DNA of 63,642 nucleotides, counting the filler, from Octopus bimaculoides (Eukaryota): assembly GCF_001194135.2 (NCBI RefSeq). It is 9 parts of 8 records of this genome, joined end to end, with 100 filler letters (N's around TTAATTAATTAA, not from the genome) between each part and the next. Parts side by side here need not be neighbours in the genome. Positions count along the whole stretch, not along the records: positions 51,654 to 57,933 come from NC_068992.1; positions 58,034 to 60,444 come from NW_026365580.1; positions 60,545 to 63,642 come from NC_069003.1; 6 more parts are not named here. One strand, written 5' to 3'. Under the pieces are notes generated by a model that was not told the DNA's origin, searched no databases, and worked only from the letters and a program-made list of their open reading frames with translations. Position 1 is the first letter of the stretch. Each line of letters begins with the position of its first letter. The position numbers and the translations under genes were made by a program. Shown here piece after piece: positions 51,654 to 63,642 of this stretch.

Positions 51654-54360
51654 AAGGAAGGAAGGAAGGAAGGAAGGAAGAGAAACGAATTGTGTTTACA
51701 TCTATACTGCTGGTTAGTTCAATAAAGGTAGGAGAGAAATATGAGAACCTAGGTAACTGGGTTCAATTCTAGTTGGTACAAAAATGTCCCACTATCTGGG
51801 TTTCTTGCCGTTTTTAGGCTCTGTTGTTCCAAAGTTGAAGAACCTAGATGGGTGTGATTTTCATGTTTCAAAAGCTCGGAAATACAGAGAGCCATAAATG
51901 AACAGGGGAACTATTATATAAAAATGCAAAGGCCAGCAGACCTCACAATGAGACTCATATTTGTAGGGCCCCAAGCGCCAACACAGCAACTAAGCCACTC
52001 CATAGATGTACTCCTCAAACCTTTATGCCCACTGATACCAAGCTACATAAGGGATGACATAGACTTCCTCACACACATTGCAAATATGGTTCCGGAAAAC
52101 ACCATACTTTCAAGCCTCGATGTCACAAACTTATACACGAACATACCACACACCCTGGGTCTGGAAGCGATAAAATACTGGGTAGAGAAATACAGGAAAC
52201 TCATAGATAAACGTTTCAAAACAGACTTTATCACCAAAGCCACCCAATTAATACTTGAAGAGAACACATTCTCATTTAACAAGCCATACCGACAGATAAA
52301 GGGCACGGCTATGGGTACGAAATTCGCACCTTCATATGCCAACCTTGTGATGGATTTCCTTGAGAACAAACTATAGGATGAAATAGGGAACGTCTTCGAA
52401 CACAACTTCAGAGAAGACGTCAAGAAAAAGTGGAAACGCTACCTCGATGACTGTTTCATCTTTTGGAACGGAACAGAAGATCTACGAACGTTTCACAACA
52501 TCCTCAACACACTGCACCCATCTATCTACTTCACAATAGATACCAACTACAACGAACTTCCCTTCCTAGACATCAACATCAAGATACACAACTCCATCGT
52601 CACAACAGACATCCACTACAAAAAAACCGACACACACCAATATTTAAATTTCTACTCCTGCCACCCATCCCACACAAAAAGAAACATTCCATATAGTATG
52701 GCAAGACGCATATGCAGCATAGTGACTGACTCACAGACACGCCAAATAAGACTAGAGGAACTTAAAAATTTCCTACTAGAACAAAAATACCCACTCACCT
52801 TAATAGAAAACGGAATCGCAAGAGCAATAAAACTGGACATCACACAACTCAGAACTCTAAAAAAGAAAAACAAAGAAAACATCATCCCTTTCATAAACAC
52901 ACACAACGCTATAATCACCAACATGTTTCACATTATACACTCAAACCTACAAATAATCCTACAAAGCCCCAAAATGGAAAACCTACTAAACAAATATTGC
53001 GTAAAGAACAGTAAACGCCAAGAAAAAAGCTTAAAGAAACACCTAACAAGAGCAAAATTCTCATCAGAGAATAAAACTGAATTCTTCGTAAAAGAGTGTG
53101 GAGTGGGAAGATGTGGAACCTGCAGCAACCCCATCTACAAATATATAGAGGGGAACAAACAAATAAAATTTAAGAGTGGTCACACATTCAAAGTAAATGC
53201 AGACTTGAACTGCAAGACGCGGAACGTAATATACTGCATAACCTGCCCCATATGCAAGGAAAATTATATAGGCGAAACTGGAAATTCTTTATGCCAACGA
53301 GCCAGAATTCACCGACAACATGTCCGACAGGAGGAACTACGGATAAACGGAAAATTCCACTGAATTCCACCAAGAAGCATGTGGAGAAGGAAAATTTAAG
53401 ATCTTTCCCTTCTATGAATTCTTTATGCCAACGAGCCAGAATTCACCGACAACATGTCCGACAGGAGAAACTACGGAAAATTCCACTGAATTCCACCTAG
53501 AAGCATGTGGAAAATGAAAATTTAAGATATTTCCCTTCTATAAATGCTCAAGAAACGACACTTCCTTCAGGAAAAATATGGAGAAATACTTCATAACAAA
53601 ATTCTCACAGAAACTGAATGGTTGCAAACATGAAAATCACAACCCATCTAGGTTCTTCAACTTTCGAACAACAGTGCCTAAAAACGGCAAGAAACCAAGA
53701 TAGTGAGACATTTTTGTACCAACTAGAATTGAACCCAGTTACCTAGGTTCTCATATTTCTCTCCTACATTTTTTTAACTACCCAGCAGTATAGATGTAAA
53801 CACAATTCGTTCCTCTTCCTTCCTTCCTTCCTTCCTTCCCTTCTCTTTTCCATTGAGACTCCTTTCAGATACACAGGCACGCGCGCGCGCACACGCACAC
53901 ATACACATACAAAAACACACCCACACACTCTCTCCCACTGGACAATGATGCCAAAAAAATTTTTGAAAAACAACTTTCTTCCAAACAATGCTACCTGGTT
54001 TTGCCATTTTTTTTAAAGGCCAAGAATAAACTTGTCATTGAAAGAATTGACCAGCTGTAAATACAATTTTCTTCTTTCTTCTTTCCTTCTCTTTCCCATT
54101 GACACTTCTTTCAGATACATAGGCACACACACACGTACGCACACACACACAAACACAAAAACACTCACACACACAAAAAAAACACACACACTCTCTCTCT
54201 CTCTCACTTTTCCCTCCATTCCTCACCCTCTCTTACTATCCTATATATATATCTCTCTCCACCCCTACACATTCAATAATATTATAAAAAGAAACATTCC
54301 CTCAAAGTGTAATCAAAATTTGATAAACCTACAAGACTAGGTGAAAGCGCTAATTTATAA
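51654..54360 (+). mobile_element. Penelope-like retroelement (RT + GIY-YIG) with inverted 5' pseudo-LTR, decayed
   Basis: RT motifs (LDVTNLYTNIP, GTAMGTKFAPSYANL, KRYLDDCF, LPFLDI, SCHPSHTKRNIPYS) and GIY-YIG (CGTC..NVIYCITCPIC..YIGETG); 51654-51868 is an inverted copy of 53626-53839. Confidence 0.92.
54316..54356 (+). ncRNA. Minimal type I hammerhead ribozyme, U3:A8 core variant
   Basis: AAAT-TTGATAA-ACCTA(CAAGAC)TAGGT-GAAA-GCGC-TA-ATTT: stem I 4 bp, stem II 5 bp, 1-bp stem III with palindromic loop. Confidence 0.65.
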
Positions 54361-54470
54361 AACATGTGACATATGAATAAAAATCTGTAAATATACAACC
54401 ATCCAGACATCTGAGTACCTGATAATTATTTTTTCTAATATATAATTCCTTGTACATCACCTCCAAACCT

Positions 54471-54509
<39 letters not shown>

Positions 54510-54559
54510 TATATGTATTTATTTTCTCTAAGTTAATAATTAGCTCGGACAAAATAAAT

Positions 54560-55070
54560 TGGTTAATAGATACCAGGGTAGCAAAGATCACAAAATGGCT
54601 GTGGTGTAACTCCTGTTTATGAGGTTGAAACTCCTTGTTATTTTGGGTACTTGAGTAAACATATAGATTTAGTAAATGGAGTAAAACGCATTTGTTAAAT
54701 GAATTATTTTATTTCCAACATATGTTTTGAAGATTACAAATTATACCTTCCATAGGAATAGGTGATGTTGATAAGAATGTAATCTTCTCTTCAGGGAAAT
54801 GCATGGGAACCAGCTTAACCGTAAGACATTTTAACTGAATATGATAACTGTAGTTAGAGAAGATTGTTACGTAATTTATTTGAAAAAGCCGTTGGAGGTT
54901 GGAACGCTACTAGACAGTACGTTGGACAAGAAGGGAAGACAAGAAGGAAAAAAGGAAATTTAGAGTATAAAATTTGGGAGATAAGATGATTTAAATCCGA
55001 TAAAAATTGGAGAGGAATGTTTTATTTATAATGGGACCGTAAAGGGGGGTTAATCTTGTATTCATACAAG
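54560..55070 (-). mobile_element. Penelope-like 3' tail / pseudo-LTR on the opposite strand
   Basis: Repeated at 25246-25430 and contains a hammerhead fold; PLE assignment is inference. Confidence 0.55.
54711..54800 (-). ncRNA. Type I hammerhead ribozyme fold with one core substitution (G12A)
   Basis: ATTTCC-CTGAAGA-GAAGATTACA...TGTAAT(T)CTTC-AAAAC-ATAT-GTT-GGAAAT. Confidence 0.65.
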
Positions 55071-55156
55071 CAGTGTTGACATAAATGCCTATAATCATAT
55101 ACACATGTATACGCATATATATATACACACACATATACACACATACATACACTTGT

Positions 55157-55194
<38 letters not shown>

Positions 55195-55281
55195 GTATAT
55201 GTATATATATACACATATATATATATATACATACATATACACACACCCACATATACATAATTTCATACATATACATGAATG

Positions 55282-55319
<38 letters not shown>

Positions 55320-55572
55320 CACACACACAAACATACATAAACATATATACACGCACGCACGCACACATACATATATGTATACACATGGACGCATACACAC
55401 ATTTGTATACATCCCTTCGTAAGTATATACACACGGTAGTTGTGTGGTGATTGATATTAAAGCAGTGCTATANNNNNNNNNNNNNNNNNNNNNNNNNNNN
55501 NNNNNNNNNNNNNNNNNNNNNNNNNNNNNNNNNNNNNNNNNNNNNNNNNNNNNNNNNNNNNNNNNNNNNNNN

Positions 55573-57755
55573 CTCTTCGTCGCAGGTCTCTAGGAGAATC
55601 TCTAACCATTACTCAACCTTTAAGGATAGGAAAAAAAATAATAGTACCGGTCTTAGTAAGTTAATCTGGAAACTTAAGGACTGCAATAAAAAAAATTCTC
55701 TTTAGAATGGTCAATACTGGCTACCTCAATACCCTACGACAAGAGTAATGTTTTTTGTCCTCTCTGTAACTTGGAGCTATTCCACATTCTGTTCTCCAAG
55801 AATAATTTAGTGGACAAGATAACACAGAGAGCATACAGATGCCAGCATTGGAGGAAGCACAACTTCAGCTCGTTTCATTAATTTCTTCCTTTTTACTAAT
55901 TTTAGTTATTTTTTTCACCTACCAACATACTCATTAGTTTACATGTGGTATGTACTATCACCCCACTTTGTATTTATTTTTATTAAACTTAGACAATAAA
56001 TCTCCTCCAGTTGCCCATTTGGTCCATCCCTACAACTTTTCCTTATTGCTTGATGGTCCTCTTAATATTATTATTATTCCTATCAACTTCCTTGTAGTTT
56101 TTTTTTTATCCATTGGATTTATAATTACACTTAAATATATTTTAGCTGATTATAACTTTGTAAATTTTGCTTCCCACCTTTGTAACCAGATATGTTAATG
56201 CAGCGTCTCTGCATCGTACACACTGGAACATAACATTAATATCAATTTTTCATTGACATCAATATCTCTTTTAATTTTTCCATCATACTGCTCCCACTAC
56301 TTATCTACATAGGTTTTTTCTATTATTTTTTTAGAAATTTTTTTTAATTGTTTATTCATTCATTTATTAATTTACTTATTTCTTAATAGTAATAAACATT
56401 TTATTATAACATATCCATCTCCTTAATATTAATAATAATAACAATAATAGTAATAATAATAAATTTATTTTTTATATTTATAATAATAATAATAACAACA
56501 ATAAGAATAATAGCATTATAATATTATCTAAATTAACAATTATATCTAACTCCAGCGCCAGTTGATCACACTCTCTCTCCTTCTCTAGTTAGTACAGCAA
56601 GTTTAACCCCCGTAAAGTCATATACATAGAGTTTTAAGTATATTTACGTATATACTATCGATTTTGTTATCGTAAGTATGTTTATAAAATAAATTCCATG
56701 CAGACTACCCTTGTTTCATCTCCCCCAAATCCTCCTAAATCCACGTTTAATTCATTTAATTCCTTATCTATAAGCATTTTTTTAAAGATATATCGATACT
56801 TGTACTTTATCTCAATATCCTATTCTTCTTTTACATTTACTTCTATTAATATACCTCTGTGCTACTAAGTAATATGTAAAGTAGCACGTTTTTCCTGACG
56901 GGATATTATGTTTTAGTTTTAGTTAGACAAGTATCCCAATGTAACTTTAAATATGTATTACTTGACCCAATATTCACTCCCGTTTACATTAATATACCTC
57001 TATGCAATATAGTAATATATAAGAAGCACGTTTTTCTCTGGCGGGGTGTAATATGTTAGTCTATCATGATTTAAAACATTACATCAAATAGGTATTTTGC
57101 ATATACATTTACCTACGTTATATATTCTTATTATTTCATTACTTTATAGTTTTGTACCTTGTGTTGTCATTTCTTTAGGTTAATTACCGTAACTTATTAT
57201 GATACACCATTAATGGTTTCTTATATTTACAATCCATCTTTAATTTTCCTTCCTTATAAACGTTTATTTACGTAATTAGTTGTATGAAAAATTACTCTTT
57301 ACACAAATTTATTGGATTCTCTCCCCTTCTCCTTCCAATTACAATAATTTTTTATTACCATTATTATTAACTTTAAGAATTTTATGCGGTTCATTGTCTT
57401 CTTTTAATTTAAAGTCTTAGTATAGCGTTCATAGCCTCTCTCCCTAAACAGCTCCCTGTAAACTAGCATTCTTGTTTCTAACGGTCATTTAACTTAGCTA
57501 CGTAGCCTTAGCATACCTCGTACGTAACCTTAGCATTCAGCACAAGTCTTGCATTTGTAATATGTTTCCCTGATGATAAAATTATATATATAAGCCAGTA
57601 TCTCTTATTCCTTTGGAGTAGAGTGCATATAATTTTTGAAACATGTGTAGGAATTAAAGGAACTTATTGATTATATGCGTTTTGCTCCGTTTATTATGTA
57701 GATGTAAGTATGTACATATATGTGTGTATACATGTATATATATTCTTTGTATTAT
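55573..57755 (+). mobile_element. Second Penelope-like element: GIY-YIG C-terminus and long AT-rich 3' region
   Basis: RISNHYSTFK..STGLSKLIWKLKD..WSILA..PY..CPLCNLE..RCQHWRK; hammerhead near the end. Confidence 0.7.
57566..57653 (+). ncRNA. Type I hammerhead ribozyme fold
   Basis: TTCC-CTGATGA-T-AAAATTATAT...ATATAATTTT-T-GAAAC-ATGT-GTA-GGAA. Confidence 0.6.
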
Positions 57756-58333
57756 TACATTATTGAACGCACACGTCCTTTTTTGCAAGTAAGTCTACAT
57801 TATTATTCTGACGTGACTCTATCTTTCTATCTATCTATCTATCTATCTGTCTATCTATCTATCTTTCTATCTATTTATCTATCTGTCTCCCTCTATCTTT
57901 CTATCTATCCCTCTGTCCTGGCCTCTATTTCACNNNNNNNNNNNNNNNNNNNNNNNNNNNNNNNNNNNNNNNNNNNNTTAATTAATTAANNNNNNNNNNN
58001 NNNNNNNNNNNNNNNNNNNNNNNNNNNNNNNNNTTACCGTGTTTCCTCTCAAATCGGTTTCAGATGTCGGCTAACAGTAACGGACCATATGTAGTACTTG
58101 AGCTTACAATGAGTTGTTAGGCCCTGGTAACTTCTCTCGAGTTTTACTTCGAAACTGTCTAGGGTGAAAGACCGTGACGAAACTGCACCACTCATGATGT
58201 TAGGTTGCATATCCAACAGTGTGTAGTCACTGCAGTTGAAACACGTGTAGGTCAGGAAAATAATATGCTGTAAATAACTGTTAAATAAGATTATGGACGT
58301 GAAAAATCTCCACTCTCCTTATCATTAGTAATA

Positions 58334-58386
<53 letters not shown>

Positions 58387-58425
58387 TGAGTGAGGGCACT
58401 CAACACATTTATTGGGAGTTGCATG

Positions 58426-58580
58426 TATAGGTCAAAACAGTTTAATTCAAATTCGTTGGTACTCAGATTTTCAAAGCGTGATGCTAATCCTCAGCCACGA
58501 GTGTCCAATGATTGAAGATTAGCATCACGCTTTGAAACTCGGAGTGCCAACGAATTTGAATCAAACTATTTTGACCTATA
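58426..58580. mobile_element. Foldback / MITE-like element with ~68-bp arms
   Basis: Left arm TATAGGTCAAAACAG..GCGTGATGCTAATCCTCA pairs with right arm TGAAGATTAGCATCACGC..TTTTGACCTATA; TA at both ends. Confidence 0.7.
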
Positions 58581-58881
58581 TATAGATAAACTGTATAAAC
58601 AATTTACGAATTTTTACACGAAAGAGGTGACGTTTGACAGGACACATTACATGCTAGGAAGGGCAGTTAAAGCCCAAATCACGAATTAAGACCAATTTCA
58701 AAGAGAATGAAAATAAAAAATTTTTTGTAGTTACCCTCAAACTCAAGTTTCTGTATTAATGTGCAAAATAAATCAATTTGCCATCCGTACTTTTTCAGTG
58801 AGGGTGCCAAAATTAATGCATATTTATGCAGCAAGTAGCACCGAAAATACACGTGCTACATATACATACATACATACATAT

Positions 58882-58985
58882 ATATATAATTTATATAAGG
58901 GCATTACTATATAATAATGCCTCACGCTTAGAGGGACTAAATAAGTCAAAAACTATAGTAATGCCCTTATATAAATTATATATAT
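58882..58985. repeat. Perfect ~30-bp inverted repeat around a ~42-bp spacer
   Basis: ATATATAATTTATATAAGGGCATTACTATA and its exact reverse complement. Confidence 0.8.
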
Positions 58986-59639
58986 TTACGGANNNNNNNN
59001 NNNNNNNNNNNNNNNNNNNNNNNNNNNNNNNNNNNNNNNNNNNNNNNNNNNNNNNNNNNNNNNNNNNNNNNNNNNNNNNNNNNNNNNNNNNNNNNNNNNN
59101 NNNNNNNNNNNNNNNNNNNNNNNNNNNNNNNNNNNNNNNNNNNNNNNNNNNNNNNNNNNNNNNNNNNNNNNNNNNNNNNNNNNNNNNNNNNNNNNNNNNN
59201 NNNNNNNNNNNNNNNNNNNTTTTTCCATAGATGTTTAATGCCTTTTAATCATGTTATTTACAAAATTTTAAATCGTATAGACATGAATGTAAACAAATAA
59301 ACAATATAAGGCTTAATTTATTAAACAAAGTTCTATAAATTTCATCAAATAAATGAAATGAAACAGATTAGATGTTAAAATGGATTATCCTTTTATAATA
59401 TTTCATAATCCTGGACGATTATTTCTGATAAAAATAATACATTTTTTTTTTTACATATGCATAAAATCATAAAATCGGGAATCTTGGAGAAGGTGTTAAC
59501 GATTGTATCGTTCTTAGTACTTGACTAGTATTTTGTTTTATTGACAAGCACTGGACTTGATTTTTATTGATTAACTTCTCCCCATCAATATATATGTGTG
59601 TGTGTGTGTGTGTGTATAATCTGTGTATGTTTTTGTTTT

Positions 59640-59815
59640 GTTTTTATGTTTGTACCTCACCATCGCTTGGCAACCGTTGCTGGTGAGTTCTATACAATGA
59701 GTACCAAGTTATAAAAAAGCACTGCGGTCGATTCATTCGACTAAAATTCTTCAGTTTTAGTACCCCCAGTATGGCCGCAATCTAATGACTGAAACAAGTA
59801 AAAGATAAAAGATTA
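59640..59815 (+). mobile_element. SINE family B 3' half, degenerate
   Basis: CATCGCTTGGCAACCG..GACTGAAACAAGTAAAAGA. Confidence 0.6.
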
Positions 59816-60144
59816 AATATATTGTCAGGCAGTGGATTGGCAGAATCGTTAGAGATTGCCTTTTCCCAGCCTAAATTGATTTTTTTTATCGACTAACTTC
59901 TCCCCATCAAATTTCAGACATTGTGCTTATGTTAGAAACAATTAAGGTCCATGGAACGGAAGAACTTTTGCAGCGTCAGAGCAAAATATCTTAGAGGTAT
60001 TTCCTTCCTGCCACGATCAGCTGTGCCTTTCAGCTTTCTACTTATCAATAAAAAAATCACTAGACAAGTACTAAGTTCCATACAATGGTTAACACCTTCT
60101 CCAAGATTCCTGATCTTATGCATATGTAAAAAAAATGTATTCAT

Positions 60145-60345
60145 TTTTATCAAAGCGGTGACGGTGTTTGGCAGTATTTCTTTCGGCTTTATGTTCTGAG
60201 TTCAGATTCCACCATGATCTATTTTGGTTTTTATCTTTTCGGGGTCGATTAAATAATTACCATTTGAGCACTGGAGTCGATGTAATCGACTAATCCATCC
60301 TCCCAAAATCAGGCATTGTGGCCTATATTAGAAAGAATTATTATT
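60145..60345 (+). mobile_element. SINE family A, degenerate
   Basis: Core plus TTAGAAAGA(ATT)n end. Confidence 0.65.
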
Positions 60346-60636
60346 ATTATTATTATTATTATTGTTAGAAAGATGAGTTCTTAACTTTTGTCAAAATCCA
60401 TCACTAAGGTAAACATAGCTGACGTAATCCATCACTACGGCCAANNNNNNNNNNNNNNNNNNNNNNNNNNNNNNNNNNNNNNNNNNNNTTAATTAATTAA
60501 NNNNNNNNNNNNNNNNNNNNNNNNNNNNNNNNNNNNNNNNNNNNATGAATGGATAATTAGATAAGTTGGAGACAACAAGGTGTAAGTAGGAACTTAGATT
60601 TTCCTCTATATTCCTTCTTGACAACTTATTCCCTTG

Positions 60637-60679
<43 letters not shown>

Positions 60680-60680
<1 letters not shown>

Positions 60681-60810
60681 GACAGGCTTCTTTCAGTTTC
60701 TGCCCACCAAGTCCACTCACAAGGTTTTAGTCGGCCCGCGGCTATAGTAGAAGGCACTTACCCAAGGGGCCATGTAGTTGGAAAGTAAGCTACTTACCAC
60801 ACAACCACGC
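60680..60810 (-). mobile_element. SINE family B 5' half
   Basis: Reverse complement of the family B head. Confidence 0.7.
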
Positions 60811-60825
60811 TTGCACAGACACTCA

Positions 60826-60915
60826 TGTGTGTACCTGTGTGTGTACCTGTGTGTGTACCTGTGTGTGTACCTGTGTGTGTACCTGTGTGTGTACCTGTGT
60901 GTGTACCTGTGTGTA
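60826..60915. repeat. 12-bp minisatellite (GTGTGTACCTGT)n, about 7 units
   Basis: Seen directly. Confidence 0.9.
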
Positions 60916-61377
60916 TTCGAATGTGTGTGTGTGTGTGTGTGTGTGTGTGTTGGAAGTGCATATTTCTGCCTATATGAGTCAAAACAACATTCCGACTTAA
61001 CTAGAATTCTGAATGAACTAGAAGTTCCAGCTTGCAATTCATTAATTCGTTTTTTCTTTCAATTTTTTGTTCTCTCATAAAAAAAAAAGTTCTCATCGAA
61101 ATAAAAAACAGTGTTTTTCGTGTAAAAAGAAATTAAATGGGAAGAGAGATAGGCGTTTCATTTAATTAAATCCCTTCAACCGAGTCCAACCTTCAACTCC
61201 TTGGTATGATTGATGACAAAATTTACAGCAGTCTCGGTCAAGCAACAGAATTCTTTGTAGGGATCATACACACACACATACATACATACATACATACATA
61301 CATATGCATAGATTTTTATATATGTGTATGTGAGTGTGTGTATGATAATATTATATATATATATATTTACATACATT

Positions 61378-61467
<90 letters not shown>

Positions 61468-61530
61468 TGTGTGTCTATATACATACAAATGTAGATAGAT
61501 AGATACATACAGACAGACAGACAGACAGAC

Positions 61531-61583
<53 letters not shown>

Positions 61584-62417
61584 TGCGTACGTACAAAGTT
61601 ATTTACATATAAGTAAAAATATATACATATATAAAAATACATGTGATATACATACATATATATAGATCTATACACGCACATACATATACACACACGTACA
61701 CACTCACATGCAGGATTATAGATATTCGCGTACAATACAATTAATTAATTTTATTCATAGATACACACGCACACATACACATACACTCATATATATATAT
61801 ATATGTGNNNNNNNNNNNNNNNNNNNNNNNNNNNNNNNNNNNNNNNNNNNNNNNNNNNNNNNNNNNNNNNNNNNNNNNNNNNNNNNNNNNNNNNNNNNNN
61901 NNNNNNNNNNNNNNNNNNNNNNNNNNNNNNNNNNNNNNNNNNNNNNNNNNNNNNNNNNNNNNNNNNNNNNNNNNNNNNNNNNNNNNNNNNNNNNNNNNNN
62001 NNNNNNNNNNNNNNNNNNNNNNNNNNNNNNNNNNNNNNNNNNNNNNNNNNNNNNNNNNNNNNNNNNNNNNNNNNNNNNNNNNNNNNNNNNNNNNNNNNNN
62101 NNNNNNNNNNNNNNNNNNNNNNNNNNNNNNNNNNNNNNNNNNNNNNNNNNNNNNNNNNNNNNNNNNNNNNNNNNNNNNNNNNNNNNNNNNNNNNNNNNNN
62201 NNNNNNNNNNNNNNNNNNNNNNNNNNNNNNNNNNNNNNNNNNNNNNNNNNNNNNNNNNNNNNNNNNNNNNNNNNNNNNNNNNNNNNNNNNNNNNNNNNNN
62301 NNNNNNNNNNNNNNNNNNNNNNNNNNNNNNNNNNNNNNNNNNNNNNNNNNNNNNNNNNNNNNNNNNNNNNNNNNNNNNNNNNNNNNNNNNNNNNNNNNNN
62401 NNNNNNNNNNNNNNNNN

Positions 62418-62457
<40 letters not shown>

Positions 62458-62804
62458 CACAAACACATGCACACTTGCACAACTACACATATTCACGTGC
62501 GTGCATGCGTGAGTGTGTTTGTGTATGTGCGTGCGTGTGTGTGTGTGTGTGTATTTGTGTGTACGTACAAGATTGTCTTCTACTTTCAGTGTTCCAAATT
62601 CTCGTTGCAGCTTATTGGTGAAACATACTTGCCCAAGGAGGAACACCTTGGAATCGAACATGGAACCATGGTTCTTAAACATATAAAGTATACATATATA
62701 AAAAAACACCGAAGATAAAAATATATATGCGAATAAAAACACAGATATATAGAACGGCCTATCAAAAAGGTAAATACAATCGACTAAAAATTCTNNNNNN
62801 NNNN

Positions 62805-62839
<35 letters not shown>

Positions 62840-63642
62840 GCTTTAGCTATCCATTGCCAATATATAGAGTGTGTATGTGACTATACACACACATAAGAAT
62901 ATATGGACTTATTCTCTGAGAGTGTGTAGATGCAAAATGGTAAATACACAATTTATCGTTTCTTTATAGAATGATTTAAACATGTAGAATATATTACCAG
63001 GCAAATATGTAGGTAAGAGAAAATCTTTTACCATACGTATTTGCTTATTTGTGTTTTTTTCGTGTATATGTATGTACATCTATGTGCGCATGTAATTCAG
63101 TATATATTATTGTAAATGTATATTCTACTGGCCACGGTTGGATTTGAACTCGGTTAGCGATGAATCTCTATGTAAATGCAGGAAAGCATTAAATCTCGTC
63201 GTTCTTCATTTTCTGTTAAATCGTTGATAATAAATAGGAAATTGGTGGTAGAAGATAATAATAGATTTTTTAATGGGAAACGTTAATTGTTATTCCGTTG
63301 TAATGTTTTATATAAATCTCTAGAATCTCTGTCAAATGAATCGAGATACAACACAGAAATAAAAGAAACCCTTCAGCTGTACAGCTAAGATGTAATTACT
63401 GTAGTTTTGTATATATATAGAAGACGAAAATAACACGCCTAGAAGCTATAATACAAACGGAGGCTTGGTTGTTTGTTTTTTTTAATAAAAATGAAATAAA
63501 AAAAAATAAGACTTTATTGCACATGAAAATTTCGTATTCGTACAGCAAATATCGGAAATCACATTTAGATTGTTATCTATTACAAATGTTCCAGATTGGT
63601 ATAAATAGATGTATCGATATAAAATTTATATACTAATATATA

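Noticed and set aside
60826-60915. Short regular repeats as a CRISPR-like array
   Set aside because: No unique spacers and a eukaryotic context; it is a minisatellite.

Overview
AT-rich, gap-ridden eukaryotic intergenic or intronic DNA, saturated with microsatellites and decayed transposons. The SINE families and repeat style suggest a cephalopod, probably Octopus (inference). No host protein-coding gene, tRNA/rRNA gene or CRISPR array is supported; most long ORFs are microsatellite or N-gap artefacts. Retroelements: (i) several lineages of RLE-type R4/Dong-like LINEs in (TAA)n tracts; (ii) APE-type Tx1/L1-like LINEs, one 5'-intact, abutting (ATT)n on their sense strand; (iii) a Penelope-like (RT + GIY-YIG) cluster at 51.6-57.8 kb with an inverted pseudo-LTR; (iv) RTE and CR1 scraps; (v) four tRNA-headed SINE families in many copies; (vi) an unclassified ~510-570 bp element bounded by (TAT)n. 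DNA transposons: a full-length decayed DD37D/maT mariner with TIRs and TA TSD, a rearranged Tc1, an hAT-like transposase and small foldback elements. Most notable signals: three hammerhead-ribozyme folds in the Penelope tails, one with a compensatory U3:A8 core; apparent (ATT)n targeting by the Tx1-like LINEs; and a SINE 3' tail resembling the Tx1 3' end.
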